NCBI GenBank assembly: GCA_035656635.1 | Contig: DASRSD010000099.1 | Span: 2 to 64,001, forward strand | Direction of reading: 5' to 3' | Origin: Pirellulales bacterium | GTDB lineage: Bacteria > Planctomycetota > Planctomycetia > Pirellulales > JADZDJ01 | DNA: 64,000 bases | Shown: positions 18,923 to 28,702 of the stretch, one piece after another | Layout: the number at the start of each line of letters is the position of its first letter | How positions within the stretch are numbered: position 1 is the stretch's first letter | The notes under the pieces: model-generated | Seen by the model: only the letters and a program-made list of their open reading frames with translations | The model's database searches: none | What the model was told of the DNA's origin: nothing | Made by a program: the position numbers and the translations under genes

Positions 18923-21019
18923 ATGTTCAATAACTCTGCGCGATTCCCCGTGCTTACGCCTGTTCTAATCGCTCTCGGCACGATATTTTCTCAGGCCGGC
19001 GTCACCGCCTGGGCCCAATCGCCGCGAAATAACGATGCACAAAAATCATTGCCGCCGGCAGGAATTGAAGTGCCAGTTGCGGAACGGGCCGACTTGGAAC
19101 GCGGCTTGTTGAACCTGCAGGCGGCGTTAATGGATCTGGCCGCCAGTAAAGACCATCACGTGCAGTCCTTGTTCCCCGATGTTCAAATTTACGAGCGAGC
19201 TGTCGCCAGCGCCCTGGCCAATCATGAATTTTTCGACGCCAGCGACCTGGGCAAAGCCAAGGAATTGCTGCAAGCCGGCCTGGCCCGCGCGGAGCAACTG
19301 CAAAAAGGGGAATCGCCCTGGACCAGGGCCACGGGTTTGGTCGTGCGCGGTTACATTTCAAAAATCGACGGCTCCGTGCAGCCGTATGGCTTGGTGGTGC
19401 CGATTTCGTGCCGGCCCGAAAGCGCTCATAAATTTCGCATGGACATCTGGCTGCACGGCCGCAACGAAAAGCTGAGCGAAGTCAACTTTCTGGACGAACG
19501 CAGCAAAAAGTCCGGCGAGTTCACGCCGCAAGATACCATCGTGCTGCATCCCTACGGCCGGTATTGCAATGCCTTCAAATTCGCGGGAGAAATCGACGTG
19601 CTGGAGGCCATTGAAGCGGTCAAACAACAGTATCGTATTGACGAAGATCGCATTGCCATGCGCGGGTTTTCGATGGGCGGGGCCGGCTGCTGGCACCTGG
19701 CCGTGCACTATGCTGATCATTGGGTGGCCGCCGCGCCCGGCGCCGGCTTCGCCGAGACCGAACAGTATTTGAAAATGTCGGATGCTACTCTCGACGCACT
19801 GCCGGATTGGCAGCGCAAATTGTTTTTCTGGTACGACTGCCTGCCGTACGCGGCCAATTTGTATCAGTGCCCCACGATTGCCTACAACGGCGAGGACGAT
19901 CCGCAAAAACAGTCCGCCGACGTGATGGAAAAGGCGCTGCAGGAGGAAGGTATTGCATTGCGGCGCGTCATCGGCCCGCACACCAAGCACGCTTACGAGC
20001 CCGGCGCTAAAAAAATTGTGGCTGCCGCCGTCGATAACCTGGCGGAAATTGGCCGCGAACGGGTGCCGACCGAAATTCACTTCGTCACCTACACGCTCCG
20101 CTATAACCGCATGGATTGGGTCCAAGTAGAAGGCCTGGCAGAACATTGGGCCGAGTCCACCGTGAACGCCGTGCTTTCGACCACTGAAGAAGACGAATCG
20201 CTCCTGTCGCTCGAAACCAAAAACATTACCGACCTGGCGTTGTCGTTTGCGTCGGGGTTGGCACCGTTCGACCTGGCCAAACCAGTGAAAATCGAAATCG
20301 ACGATGACAAGCTCGATGGGCCGCGCGTGTTTTCCGACCACTCCTGGGAATGCAAACTGCACAAAAACCAGCAAGGAGCGTGGGTCGTGGGTCCGCGAGA
20401 AATGGACCCGCACGATTTATTCAAGCGTCCCGGCCTGCAAGGGCCGATCGACGATGCGTTTATGGATTCTTTCCTGATTGTGCGGCCCACGGGCAAAAGC
20501 TCCCGCAGCACGGTCAGCCGCTGGGCCCAAGCCGAAATGGATCGCGCCATCATGCAGTGGCGCAGCCAATTCCGCGGCGAGGCCCGAGTGAAAGACGACA
20601 CGGCCGTGACGGATGAGGATATTGCCTCGAGCAATTTGATTTTGTGGGGCGACGAGCAAAGCAATGCGGTGATCAAGCGCATTAACGACAAGCTGCCGAT
20701 CCATTGGCAAAACGACAATGTGGTGGCCGATCAAAAGAAATATTCAGCGACCGAACGCGTGCCGGTGTTGATTTATCCCAATCCGTTGAATCCCCAGCGC
20801 TATGTGGTGCTGAACAGCGGGTTCACTTTTCGCGAGGCGGATTATTCCAGCAACGCCAAGCAAGTGCCGCGCCTGCCCGATTGGGCCATCATCGACATCC
20901 GTACCCCGCCCGACGCCACGCAGCCGGGGAAAATCGAAGCGGCGGGATTTTTTGGCGAGCGGTGGGAATTAAATCCGACCGCCGCCAAGCCCAACCGCAA
21001 CAAAACCGCGATGAATTGA
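18923..21019 (+). CDS. secreted alpha/beta-hydrolase (prolyl-oligopeptidase/esterase-like)
   Basis: ATG at 18923 preceded by GGAG; signal peptide; nucleophile elbow GFSMGGAG; 698 aa. Confidence 0.7.
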   Translation: MFNNSARFPVLTPVLIALGTIFSQAGVTAWAQSPRNNDAQKSLPPAGIEVPVAERADLERGLLNLQAALMDLAASKDHHVQSLFPDVQIYERAVASALANHEFFDASDLGKAKELLQAGLARAEQLQKGESPWTRATGLVVRGYISKIDGSVQPYGLVVPISCRPESAHKFRMDIWLHGRNEKLSEVNFLDERSKKSGEFTPQDTIVLHPYGRYCNAFKFAGEIDVLEAIEAVKQQYRIDEDRIAMRGFSMGGAGCWHLAVHYADHWVAAAPGAGFAETEQYLKMSDATLDALPDWQRKLFFWYDCLPYAANLYQCPTIAYNGEDDPQKQSADVMEKALQEEGIALRRVIGPHTKHAYEPGAKKIVAAAVDNLAEIGRERVPTEIHFVTYTLRYNRMDWVQVEGLAEHWAESTVNAVLSTTEEDESLLSLETKNITDLALSFASGLAPFDLAKPVKIEIDDDKLDGPRVFSDHSWECKLHKNQQGAWVVGPREMDPHDLFKRPGLQGPIDDAFMDSFLIVRPTGKSSRSTVSRWAQAEMDRAIMQWRSQFRGEARVKDDTAVTDEDIASSNLILWGDEQSNAVIKRINDKLPIHWQNDNVVADQKKYSATERVPVLIYPNPLNPQRYVVLNSGFTFREADYSSNAKQVPRLPDWAIIDIRTPPDATQPGKIEAAGFFGERWELNPTAAKPNRNKTAMN

Positions 21020-21151
21020 TAGGGTATCCAATTTGGAACCGATTCGGACATGTTTCAGGCACTGCTCGATAAGCTTAAGCCGTTCTCACCCCTGCCATTG
21101 GCAGACCTGGATCAAACCTGCTCTTGAATTTGCCAGACGGTCGACCACGGT

Positions 21152-21167
21152 GTATACAATGGTATAA
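21152..21167 (+). promoter_or_regulatory. candidate operator (GTATA-N6-GTATA direct repeat) upstream of the antitoxin gene
   Basis: gtatacaatggtataa, its 3' end 28 nt upstream of the antitoxin ATG; AbrB-type antitoxins usually autoregulate. Confidence 0.25.
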
Positions 21168-21195
21168 CAACTCTTTAGAGACTTTCGGTGCCGCG

Positions 21196-21423
21196 ATGAT
21201 TAAAAAATTGAGTAAACATGGTAACAGCCTGGCCCTGGTGATTGATCGGTCGATTTTGGAATTGCTGGGGATCGACGAGCGCACTTCGTTGGAAGTTTCC
21301 ACCGATGGACAGTCGCTGCTGGTAGCACCGTTGCGAGACAAAAAGCGGCGTCAACAGTTTGAGCAAGCGCTGACCGCCAGCAATAAGCGGTACGGCAAAG
21401 CGCTCAAGCGGTTGGCGGAGTGA
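21196..21423 (+). CDS. AbrB/SpoVT-fold antitoxin (Phd-equivalent partner of Doc)
   Basis: MIKKLSKHGNSLALVIDRSILELLGI swapped-hairpin AbrB/MazE motif; stop overlaps downstream GTG (GTGA). Confidence 0.8.
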   Translation: MIKKLSKHGNSLALVIDRSILELLGIDERTSLEVSTDGQSLLVAPLRDKKRRQQFEQALTASNKRYGKALKRLAE

Positions 21424-21815
21424 ACTTAAAACCGCTATTTTTGACGCTGGACGAAGTCGTGGCCATTCACAGCGACCAAATTCAACGCTACGGCGGTTCG
21501 GCTGGTGTACGCGATTGGAATTTACTGCGCTCGGCCCTAGCCATGCCCGCCGCAAGTTTTGGCGGACAGTATTTGCAGGCAGATTTGTGCGAGATGGCGG
21601 CCGCATATTTGTTTCATCTGGTGAAAAATCATGCGTTTGTCGACGGCAACAAGCGCGTCGGCGCCGTGGCTGCGGATATTTTTTTAGCATTCAATGGCTT
21701 GCATCTTATTGCCGATCAGGACGATTACACTGATTTGGTGATTGCTGTCGCTAGCGGCAAAACATCTAAATCCGCAGTGGCGGAATTCTACCGGAAGAAT
21801 GCTAAGACAGCTTAA
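21420..21815 (+). CDS. doc: Doc toxin (Fic domain, death-on-curing family)
   Basis: Fic motif HAFVDGNKRVG; N-terminal LTLDEVVAIHSDQIQRYGG typical of Doc; 131 aa. Confidence 0.88.
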   Translation: MNLKPLFLTLDEVVAIHSDQIQRYGGSAGVRDWNLLRSALAMPAASFGGQYLQADLCEMAAAYLFHLVKNHAFVDGNKRVGAVAADIFLAFNGLHLIADQDDYTDLVIAVASGKTSKSAVAEFYRKNAKTA

Positions 21816-21964
21816 CATGCGCTATGCAACCACGGTTGTCGCTTGGTTGACCTTGTTGACGCTCAGCAGGGCATTTGTTAATTTTCACGGGCGGTTTTCG
21901 CACGATTTTTTTCGGGGGAGTGAGGGCGACGGCGCGCAATTGAAAAACTGAAAGTAGAACAATC

Positions 21965-23071
21965 ATGGCACACGATGTTACGTTAATCATGGGTGATGGC
22001 ACCGGGCCGGAACTGGCCGAAGCGGCCCGCAAGTGCATCGACGCCACGGGCGTCAAAATCAATTGGGACGTGCAAGAAGCGGGCGTCGACGTGATGGCCC
22101 GCACCGGCACGCCGCTGCCGGAAGCCACGATGGAAAGCGTCAAGCGGACCAAGTGTGCGCTGAAGGCCCCCATCACCACGCCGGTGGGCACGGGCTTTCG
22201 TAGCATCAACGTGTATTTGCGGCAGGCGCTGGGCTTATACGCCTGCGTGCGGCCCTGCAAGCAATACAAAGGCGTGCGCAGTTTTTTCGAAAGCGTGCCA
22301 GTCGATTTGGTCATTGTCCGCGAAAACACCGAAGACCTGTATGCCGGCGTCGAATTTGAAAAAGGCAAGTCGGAAACCGCCGATCTGATTAAGTTCATCA
22401 ACGAAAAATCGACCGGCAACAAAATTAAAACCGGACCGCAAGAAACGGGCGTTTCCATCAAGCCGATCAGCATTTCCGGCACCGAGCGAATTGTGAAGTA
22501 TGCGTTTGAATACGCCCGCAAGTATGGCCGCAAGAAGGTGACCAGCGTTCACAAAGCCAACATCATGAAGTACAGCGACGGGCTGTGGCTGGAGGTGTCG
22601 CGGCAGGTAGCGGCCAAGTATCCGGACATCGAATTTGAAGACCGGATTGTCGACAACATGTGCATGCAGTTGGTGCAAAAGCCGGAATTGTACGACGTGC
22701 TGGTGCTGCCGAACTTATACGGCGACGTGCTCAGCGATTTGTGCGCCGGGCTGGTCGGCGGTTTGGGCGTGGCGCCAGGAGCGAACATCGGCCCGGATGG
22801 CGCTGTGTTCGAAGCCACGCATGGCAGCGCGCCCAAGTACAAAGGCAAAAACAAAGTGAATCCGACGGCCGTGATTCTGTCGGGCATGCTGATGCTGGAA
22901 CACTTGGGCGAAATCGATGCCGGCAAGCGCCTGGAAAAAGCCGTGGCCGACGTCATCGTCGAAGGCAAAAGCGTCACGTACGACTTGAAGCCGAACCGGG
23001 ATGATCCTACCGCCGTGGGCACGCGCGAAATGGCGGATGCGATTGTGGCGAAATTAAAAGCTGGCCGATAG
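21965..23071 (+). CDS. icd: isocitrate dehydrogenase (isocitrate/isopropylmalate dehydrogenase family, NAD-IDH-like)
   Basis: [57 protein letters not shown]. Confidence 0.75.
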   Translation: MAHDVTLIMGDGTGPELAEAARKCIDATGVKINWDVQEAGVDVMARTGTPLPEATMESVKRTKCALKAPITTPVGTGFRSINVYLRQALGLYACVRPCKQYKGVRSFFESVPVDLVIVRENTEDLYAGVEFEKGKSETADLIKFINEKSTGNKIKTGPQETGVSIKPISISGTERIVKYAFEYARKYGRKKVTSVHKANIMKYSDGLWLEVSRQVAAKYPDIEFEDRIVDNMCMQLVQKPELYDVLVLPNLYGDVLSDLCAGLVGGLGVAPGANIGPDGAVFEATHGSAPKYKGKNKVNPTAVILSGMLMLEHLGEIDAGKRLEKAVADVIVEGKSVTYDLKPNRDDPTAVGTREMADAIVAKLKAGR

Positions 23072-23109
23072 CCAAGCAATTCGGCGTTGGCCGTGACAAT
23101 TTGAATGAG

Positions 23110-24522
23110 TCACTTCGAAGACGAAGCGGCGGGGGTTTTCGCACCCTCGTTAGCATGCGCCGTGGACGAGTCTGCCTTTTTGTCATCTCCCGCTGCGCCT
23201 TTTCCTTGTGTTTTCTCTAAATAAAATTGGCGAGCGCGTTCCCATTCTTCGACGCTGCGGGACTGCGGCATCTGATGAATTAGTAAGAGCGCCGCTGCTG
23301 CCACAACCCAACCGATAGCCACTACCACCCAAAACCATTTGGGACGACTGCGGAGCCAATCGCCCAGGTTTTTTGGTTCGGCTTCAATTTCGGAAACTGC
23401 TTCGTCAGCTGCAGGAAAAAACTGCGATGAATTTTTCTTGGCGGGCCAGCGTGTTTTATCTACCGGAGGCAACAGTTCCGCTTCAGGAATTTCTTGTTCC
23501 CACTCCGTTTTTACTTCTGGCGAAGCATCCTCCAGGATTGGAGCCGCGCTCGACCAATCGCTGGTCGCTGTATTGTCGATTATCTCTTCTGGGGAAGCGG
23601 CGGTGGCACGTGGCTCGTCAACCTGATCTTCGTGAAACGCGTCTTCGGCCAAGGCGTCAGCAATGATTTGATCTTCAAACGAATTGGAATCTGCAGCCGA
23701 AGCGGGCAAGTTCGGCTCGATTTCCGGAGTTGGAACTGCTGCCAACGGAACCTCGGGCGAGGGCTTTGCTATGACCGAGGGTGCCGACTCAGCGGGAATT
23801 GGTTGCGACGGCGGTATCAACTCAACGGCAGAGACTGGCGGCGCGGCGCGGGGTGGTTCCGCAGGCGAGACAACGGGCGCTTGCAGCGCAACGGACTCCA
23901 GCGTTTCGGGCACAACTTCCATCGGCGGCTTGAGCGTTACCGTGGCCAATGCTTTCGCCACCGGCGCTGCAGAAGTTTTGGCTGGAGCAGGCACGGCAGT
24001 AAATGGCGCCGCATCCAGCGATGTGGGCGTAGAAGCCGGCGTGGGAACGGATGGCTTGGGAGCGATCGGTGTGGGGGCCTTGGCAAATGGTACGACCGGC
24101 GCGGCAGGTTGAGGTGAAACGGCGGCCGCAGGCTTGGGGGCCATCGGTTTTTGAACAATCGGCTTGGCAACGCTTGGCCGTGGAGCTGCTGGTATGGGCG
24201 ATGTGGGGACAGGCACAGCGGTCTTGGGCGGCACAGGCTTGAGGGCAACCGGCGCAGGAGCAACTGGAGCTTTGGGCGCTGCGGGAAATGCCGCAGGGAG
24301 CACTGGAACTTTCGGCGCTCCTGGAACAGGTGGTTTGGCTGCGGGTGCTGCAGGAGGCACCGGAGGAACTGGAATTTTAGGTGGGATTGCCCCTGGCAAT
24401 TTAGGGGCGGCGGGCGCGGGTGTTTTGGGCGGCGCTTTTCCAGGAGCGGGCCCAAAAGCTCCCAGTGGAGCATTCTTGTCTGGATTTTTTCGCAGAAATG
24501 CCATGCGGTTCACGTGCCCCAT
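23110..24522 (-). CDS. Pro/Ala-rich disordered protein with a single C-proximal TM helix
   Basis: 470 aa; about 300 aa of PxxP/AP repeats, acidic middle, TM WFWVVVAIGWVVAAAALLLI. Confidence 0.55.
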   Translation of the reverse strand: MGHVNRMAFLRKNPDKNAPLGAFGPAPGKAPPKTPAPAAPKLPGAIPPKIPVPPVPPAAPAAKPPVPGAPKVPVLPAAFPAAPKAPVAPAPVALKPVPPKTAVPVPTSPIPAAPRPSVAKPIVQKPMAPKPAAAVSPQPAAPVVPFAKAPTPIAPKPSVPTPASTPTSLDAAPFTAVPAPAKTSAAPVAKALATVTLKPPMEVVPETLESVALQAPVVSPAEPPRAAPPVSAVELIPPSQPIPAESAPSVIAKPSPEVPLAAVPTPEIEPNLPASAADSNSFEDQIIADALAEDAFHEDQVDEPRATAASPEEIIDNTATSDWSSAAPILEDASPEVKTEWEQEIPEAELLPPVDKTRWPAKKNSSQFFPAADEAVSEIEAEPKNLGDWLRSRPKWFWVVVAIGWVVAAAALLLIHQMPQSRSVEEWERARQFYLEKTQGKGAAGDDKKADSSTAHANEGAKTPAASSSK

Positions 24523-24714
24523 TTTGGATCGGCATCCCCCGTGCCAACCGATAGATCACACCTTTAGCTAAATTTAGCTGCGCCAATGGCTAATGCAAGC
24601 ATTTGGCCCACCCTTGGCCGATCGGTAATTGCCCTCGGGAAGCCAGCGGTGAGCCGTTAAAATTCGAATCCTAATGGTGGTTTTCCGATCTTCCATTTTC
24701 CGGGACACTTTGCC

Positions 24715-25782
24715 TTGCTAAGTGCGGCCTATTTTCGCGAATTAGTCAGTGGCCAGCGGCAGGGACCGGCCGCCCACATGCTACGCGGCCTGCTGCGGTT
24801 GGCGGAGCTTCCATATGCCTGGGCAGTGAAACGGCGAAATTGGGCCTTCGATTTGGGCCAAAAGGAACGTCTAGGGGTAGGCATTCCGGTAATCAGCGTG
24901 GGGAACCTGACGCTGGGGGGCACGGGCAAAACGCCTTTTGTGGAATGGCTAACGCGGTGGTTTATGCACCGCGGTGTAAACATTGCACTGGTCAGCCGCG
25001 GATACAAAGCGGCCCAAGGCGCGCCAAACGACGAGGCCCAGGAATTGGCGCAAAAACTGCCTGGCGTGCCGCACTTGCAAAATGCAGATCGTGTGGCGGC
25101 GGCGCGCTTGGCCGTGCAAAAATTTCAGGCCGAGCTAGTCATTTTGGACGATGGCTTCCAGCATAGACGCCTGGAACGCAATTTGGATGTAGTGCTGCTT
25201 GATGCGCTGGAGCCGTTCGGCTTTGGCCATCTGTTTCCGCGGGGCATGTTGCGCGAACCACTTTCCAGCTTGGGCCGTGCTCAGGTGGCGGTGCTGACGC
25301 GCGCTGACATGGTGAACGATGCGGAGCGGGCGCGCATTCGTAGCGTGGTGTTACATTATGCGCCGCACATTGCTTGGGCCGAGTGCCGGCACGCCCCGCA
25401 CAGTTTGCTGTTGTCAGATGGTCAGCAAGAGCCGTTGGAGGCGATTCGTAATCGGCGGGTCGTCGCTTTTTGCGGGCTGGGAAATCCGGCCGGTTTTCGG
25501 CACACGCTGGCCGAGTGCGGCTGCAATGTGGTCGCCTGGCGAGAGTTTCCCGACCATTTTGTTTACAATCAGAACAGCATCCAAGAATTGTCGCTGTGGG
25601 CGGCCTCGCATGATGTCGAGGCTGTCCTGTGCACGCATAAAGACTTGGTCAAGCTTGCCGTAAATGATTTGGGAAATCGGCCGTTGCGGGCCGTACTGGT
25701 GGGGTTGGAGTTTTTGCGTGGGCAGGAAGAATTAGAAACGAATTTGGAAACACTGCTGACTCTGTGTCCGAACGTAAAATGA
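24715..25782 (+). CDS. lpxK: tetraacyldisaccharide 4'-kinase LpxK
   Basis: VISVGNLTLGGTGKTPFVEWL P-loop, SRGYK, ILDDGFQH; TTG start at 24715 (alternative ATG 24778). Confidence 0.88.
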   Translation: MLSAAYFRELVSGQRQGPAAHMLRGLLRLAELPYAWAVKRRNWAFDLGQKERLGVGIPVISVGNLTLGGTGKTPFVEWLTRWFMHRGVNIALVSRGYKAAQGAPNDEAQELAQKLPGVPHLQNADRVAAARLAVQKFQAELVILDDGFQHRRLERNLDVVLLDALEPFGFGHLFPRGMLREPLSSLGRAQVAVLTRADMVNDAERARIRSVVLHYAPHIAWAECRHAPHSLLLSDGQQEPLEAIRNRRVVAFCGLGNPAGFRHTLAECGCNVVAWREFPDHFVYNQNSIQELSLWAASHDVEAVLCTHKDLVKLAVNDLGNRPLRAVLVGLEFLRGQEELETNLETLLTLCPNVK

Positions 25783-26555
25783 CGAATCCTGCGGCAATCT
25801 CCAGCGCCAGCCCAGCGTCCGGTTGGTCCACGGTTCTGGTCGCCGGCAAACGATGCGACGTGTTTCAGCCCGCCACGCTTCATCCGGATGGGTATGCGAT
25901 AATTTATTTACACGGCGTGCACCAAAATCGGCTGGTTGACCAACCGGTGTTTACCGCCGAGTTCGCCAGGCATGGCTTGCGTGTGATCGCTCCGCTAACG
26001 GGTCGCAGTTGGTGGGCGGACCGAATCTGTCCGGATTTTGACGCGCATGTTACTGCCTATCGGCATGTCATCGACAACATTGTGCCCTACGTAGCCCAGC
26101 AGTGGCAGGTAGCTCCCACGCAATTTGCTTTGCTGGGCACCAGCATGGGCGGCCAGGGAGCGCTGCGGTTGGCGTTCAAGCAGCCGTCCACCTTTCCGGT
26201 AACAGTGGCGATTTCCCCGGCCATCGATTATCAAATTCGATGGAAAGAAGGAGACCAGGCGCTAGCGCTAATGTATCCCGATCAGGAATCGATACGGCAA
26301 GATACGGCCACGTTGCACGTGCATCCGCTGAATTGGCCGCGCCATTTGTGGTTTTGCTGTGATCCGGCCGACCACCGCTGGTACGAAAGCGCCGAGCGCT
26401 TGCACTCCAAGCTGGTGGCCCTGGGCATTCCGCACGATTACGATTTGGAAACGACCGGCGGCGGGCACAGATTCCCATACTACAACCTTATGGCGCCGAC
26501 GGCGATGCAGTTTATCGTGGATCGATTGGAACGGGAACGATTGCGAGTTGTGTAA
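25779..26555 (+). CDS. esterase-family alpha/beta hydrolase
   Basis: ATG at 25779 overlaps lpxK stop (ATGA); GTSMGGQGALRLA nucleophile elbow; putative-esterase-like layout. Confidence 0.7.
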   Translation: MTNPAAISSASPASGWSTVLVAGKRCDVFQPATLHPDGYAIIYLHGVHQNRLVDQPVFTAEFARHGLRVIAPLTGRSWWADRICPDFDAHVTAYRHVIDNIVPYVAQQWQVAPTQFALLGTSMGGQGALRLAFKQPSTFPVTVAISPAIDYQIRWKEGDQALALMYPDQESIRQDTATLHVHPLNWPRHLWFCCDPADHRWYESAERLHSKLVALGIPHDYDLETTGGGHRFPYYNLMAPTAMQFIVDRLERERLRVV

Positions 26556-26612
26556 CGGACTCCGAGCCGGCGAGAACGTGCTGTAGTTTTTCATTCGGGG
26601 GATATTTCTACG

Positions 26613-27410
26613 ATGCGTCTTTGCTGGCTGACGGATATTCATTTGAACTTTTTGACCGGCAGCGAAACCGATCATTTTTTATCCGCAGTACGGGCCACGG
26701 AGGCCGACGCCATCTTGCTCACCGGCGATATCGGGGAAGCCCGCAGCGTGGCGCCGTTGCTTACGCGGCTGGACGAAGCCTGGCAGAGACCTTTTTATTT
26801 TGTGCTGGGCAATCACGATTTTTATGGCGGATCGATCGCCGGCGTACGGAAGGAAGTTACGGCACTGGCGCGAAGCCGGCCTCGTTTAGTGTATTTAACT
26901 GCCGCCGGAGTCGTACATTTAACCGACCATGTCGGTTTGGTTGGCGACGACGGTTGGGCCGATGCTCGCCTGGGGAACTATGTGCAATCGCTGGTCATGA
27001 TGAATGATTATCGGTTGATTGCTGAATTGGCCCCGTTAACGAAGGAGTTTCGCTGGCCGAAGTTGAAAGAATTGGGCGACCAGGCGGCCGAGCACATTCG
27101 CCGGGTACTGCCGCCGGCGCTGGCGAAATATCGAGAAGTCATTTTGGCCACGCACCTGCCGCCGCTCCGCGACGCCTGCTGGCACGAAGGGCAAATTTCC
27201 GATGACGAATGGCTGCCGCATTTCACGTGTAAAGCACTGGGGGACGCCATTTTAGAAATTATGCGTGCCACCCCGCAGCGCAAGCTCACGGTATATTGTG
27301 GTCATACCCACAGCTCAGGAATTTGCACGCCGCTGCCGAATGTGACAATCCATACCGGCAGCGCACAATACGGACTGCCTAGCGTGCAGCAAGTGATCGA
27401 AATGGAATAG
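26613..27410 (+). CDS. metallophosphoesterase
   Basis: WLTDIHLN, LLTGDIGE, VLGNHDFYG, CGHTH metal-binding motifs. Confidence 0.8.
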   Translation: MRLCWLTDIHLNFLTGSETDHFLSAVRATEADAILLTGDIGEARSVAPLLTRLDEAWQRPFYFVLGNHDFYGGSIAGVRKEVTALARSRPRLVYLTAAGVVHLTDHVGLVGDDGWADARLGNYVQSLVMMNDYRLIAELAPLTKEFRWPKLKELGDQAAEHIRRVLPPALAKYREVILATHLPPLRDACWHEGQISDDEWLPHFTCKALGDAILEIMRATPQRKLTVYCGHTHSSGICTPLPNVTIHTGSAQYGLPSVQQVIEME

Positions 27411-27459
27411 AATCTTCGTCCGCGGATTGCAAATCATTTACCGCTGCGTTTTTCTCGAC

Positions 27460-28467
27460 ATGGCCGATTTTCTGCCCACTGCCCCGCTGGCCAATCTTCA
27501 ATTACGGGCGGAATTGTTGGCCCGGACTCGGCAGTTTTTTGCCGCACGTGGATTCTGGGAAGTGGAAACGCCGATCTTGTCCGCCGATGTAACCGTCGAC
27601 CGGCATCTCGATCCGCTGTCGACGGTGTTGGCTGACGATCCGCGAACCCCCAGCGCGGGCCGACGCCTGTGGCTGCAAACTTCGCCGGAATTCGGCATGA
27701 AGCGCCTGCTAGCTGCCGGCGCGATGGCCATTTATCAAATTACTCGCGCCTTTCGCAATAGCGAAATCGGACGCTTACACAATCCGGAATTTACCATCGT
27801 GGAATGGTACCGTGTGGGAGACAACATGGCGGCCGGCATGACGCTTTTGGACGATTTATGCCAAATCTTACTCGGCACGCCGCCAGCGGAACGGCTGAGT
27901 TATGCAGCGGCATTTCAACAGCACGTCGGAATCAATCCGCATGTGACCAGCACGGCCGAATTGGCGGCAGCGGCAAAACGATGCGGCGTTCAGGTTCCGG
28001 CAGGTTTGGGCACTGATCAGGACGCTTGGCGGAATGTATTGCTGGCCGAATGCGTGGAATCGCACTTGGGCCGAGAGCGGCCGACAATTTTATATGATTA
28101 TCCGGCCAGTCAAGCGGCGCTGGCGAAAGTTCGCATGGACGAATCGCTGCCGGAAAATCCAAGCAACTTTTCTGTTACCCAAGTGGCGGAGCGGTTTGAA
28201 TTATATGTGCGAGGCATTGAGCTCGCCAACGGTTACCACGAATTGCTTGATGCTATGGAATTGCGCCGCCGCAATGCCGCGGCCAATGCTGCCCGTGTGG
28301 CACTGGGAAAGCCCGCGCTGCCGGAAGAAAATCGCTTGCTGTCAGCGATGGATTCCGGACTGCCAGCGTGTACCGGCGTGGCACTGGGCTTCGATCGTTT
28401 GGTGATGCTGGCGGCTGGCGCGAAATCGTTGGCCGAAGTACTGACCTTTCCCATCGATCGTGCATAA
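27460..28467 (+). CDS. epmA: EF-P (R)-beta-lysine ligase EpmA (GenX/PoxA, class II LysRS paralogue)
   Basis: ATG at 27460; LRAELLARTRQFFAARGFWEVETPIL, LQTSPEFGMKRLLAAG, FRNSEIGRLHNPEFTIVEWY, ELANGYHEL, GVALGFDRL. Confidence 0.85.
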   Translation: MADFLPTAPLANLQLRAELLARTRQFFAARGFWEVETPILSADVTVDRHLDPLSTVLADDPRTPSAGRRLWLQTSPEFGMKRLLAAGAMAIYQITRAFRNSEIGRLHNPEFTIVEWYRVGDNMAAGMTLLDDLCQILLGTPPAERLSYAAAFQQHVGINPHVTSTAELAAAAKRCGVQVPAGLGTDQDAWRNVLLAECVESHLGRERPTILYDYPASQAALAKVRMDESLPENPSNFSVTQVAERFELYVRGIELANGYHELLDAMELRRRNAAANAARVALGKPALPEENRLLSAMDSGLPACTGVALGFDRLVMLAAGAKSLAEVLTFPIDRA

Positions 28468-28702
28468 ATCGACTGCCGCCGACGCAGCGCGCGGCAACCG
28501 CGGAACCTATGGCCGGTTATCGGGCTATAAGGCAGGAATGGAGAAACGGGGTTGGTGCGGAATTTTCGTTGCCCAAATGTCCGTTGATCGCAATTTTCCC
28601 CACCGGCGAACTTCGCATGGCGTCGGCGGCGGCTACACGTAATAATCAAAAGGGTCGATTGCCGGTCCGAGATTTTTGCCTCAATTACCAACGGAGTGCC
28701 CT

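Noticed and set aside
19358-20413. 351-aa ORF antisense to the alpha/beta-hydrolase gene
   Set aside because: It has Arg/Gly/His-rich composition typical of antisense frames in GC-rich DNA. The sense frame carries a signal peptide and a GxSxG hydrolase motif.
21816-21964. Tandem TTGAC boxes (ggTTGACcttgTTGACgct) as the icd promoter
   Set aside because: The downstream -10 candidates (TTAATT) are weak, and I know of no established sigma-70 promoter consensus for this phylum, so the call is too speculative to list as a feature.
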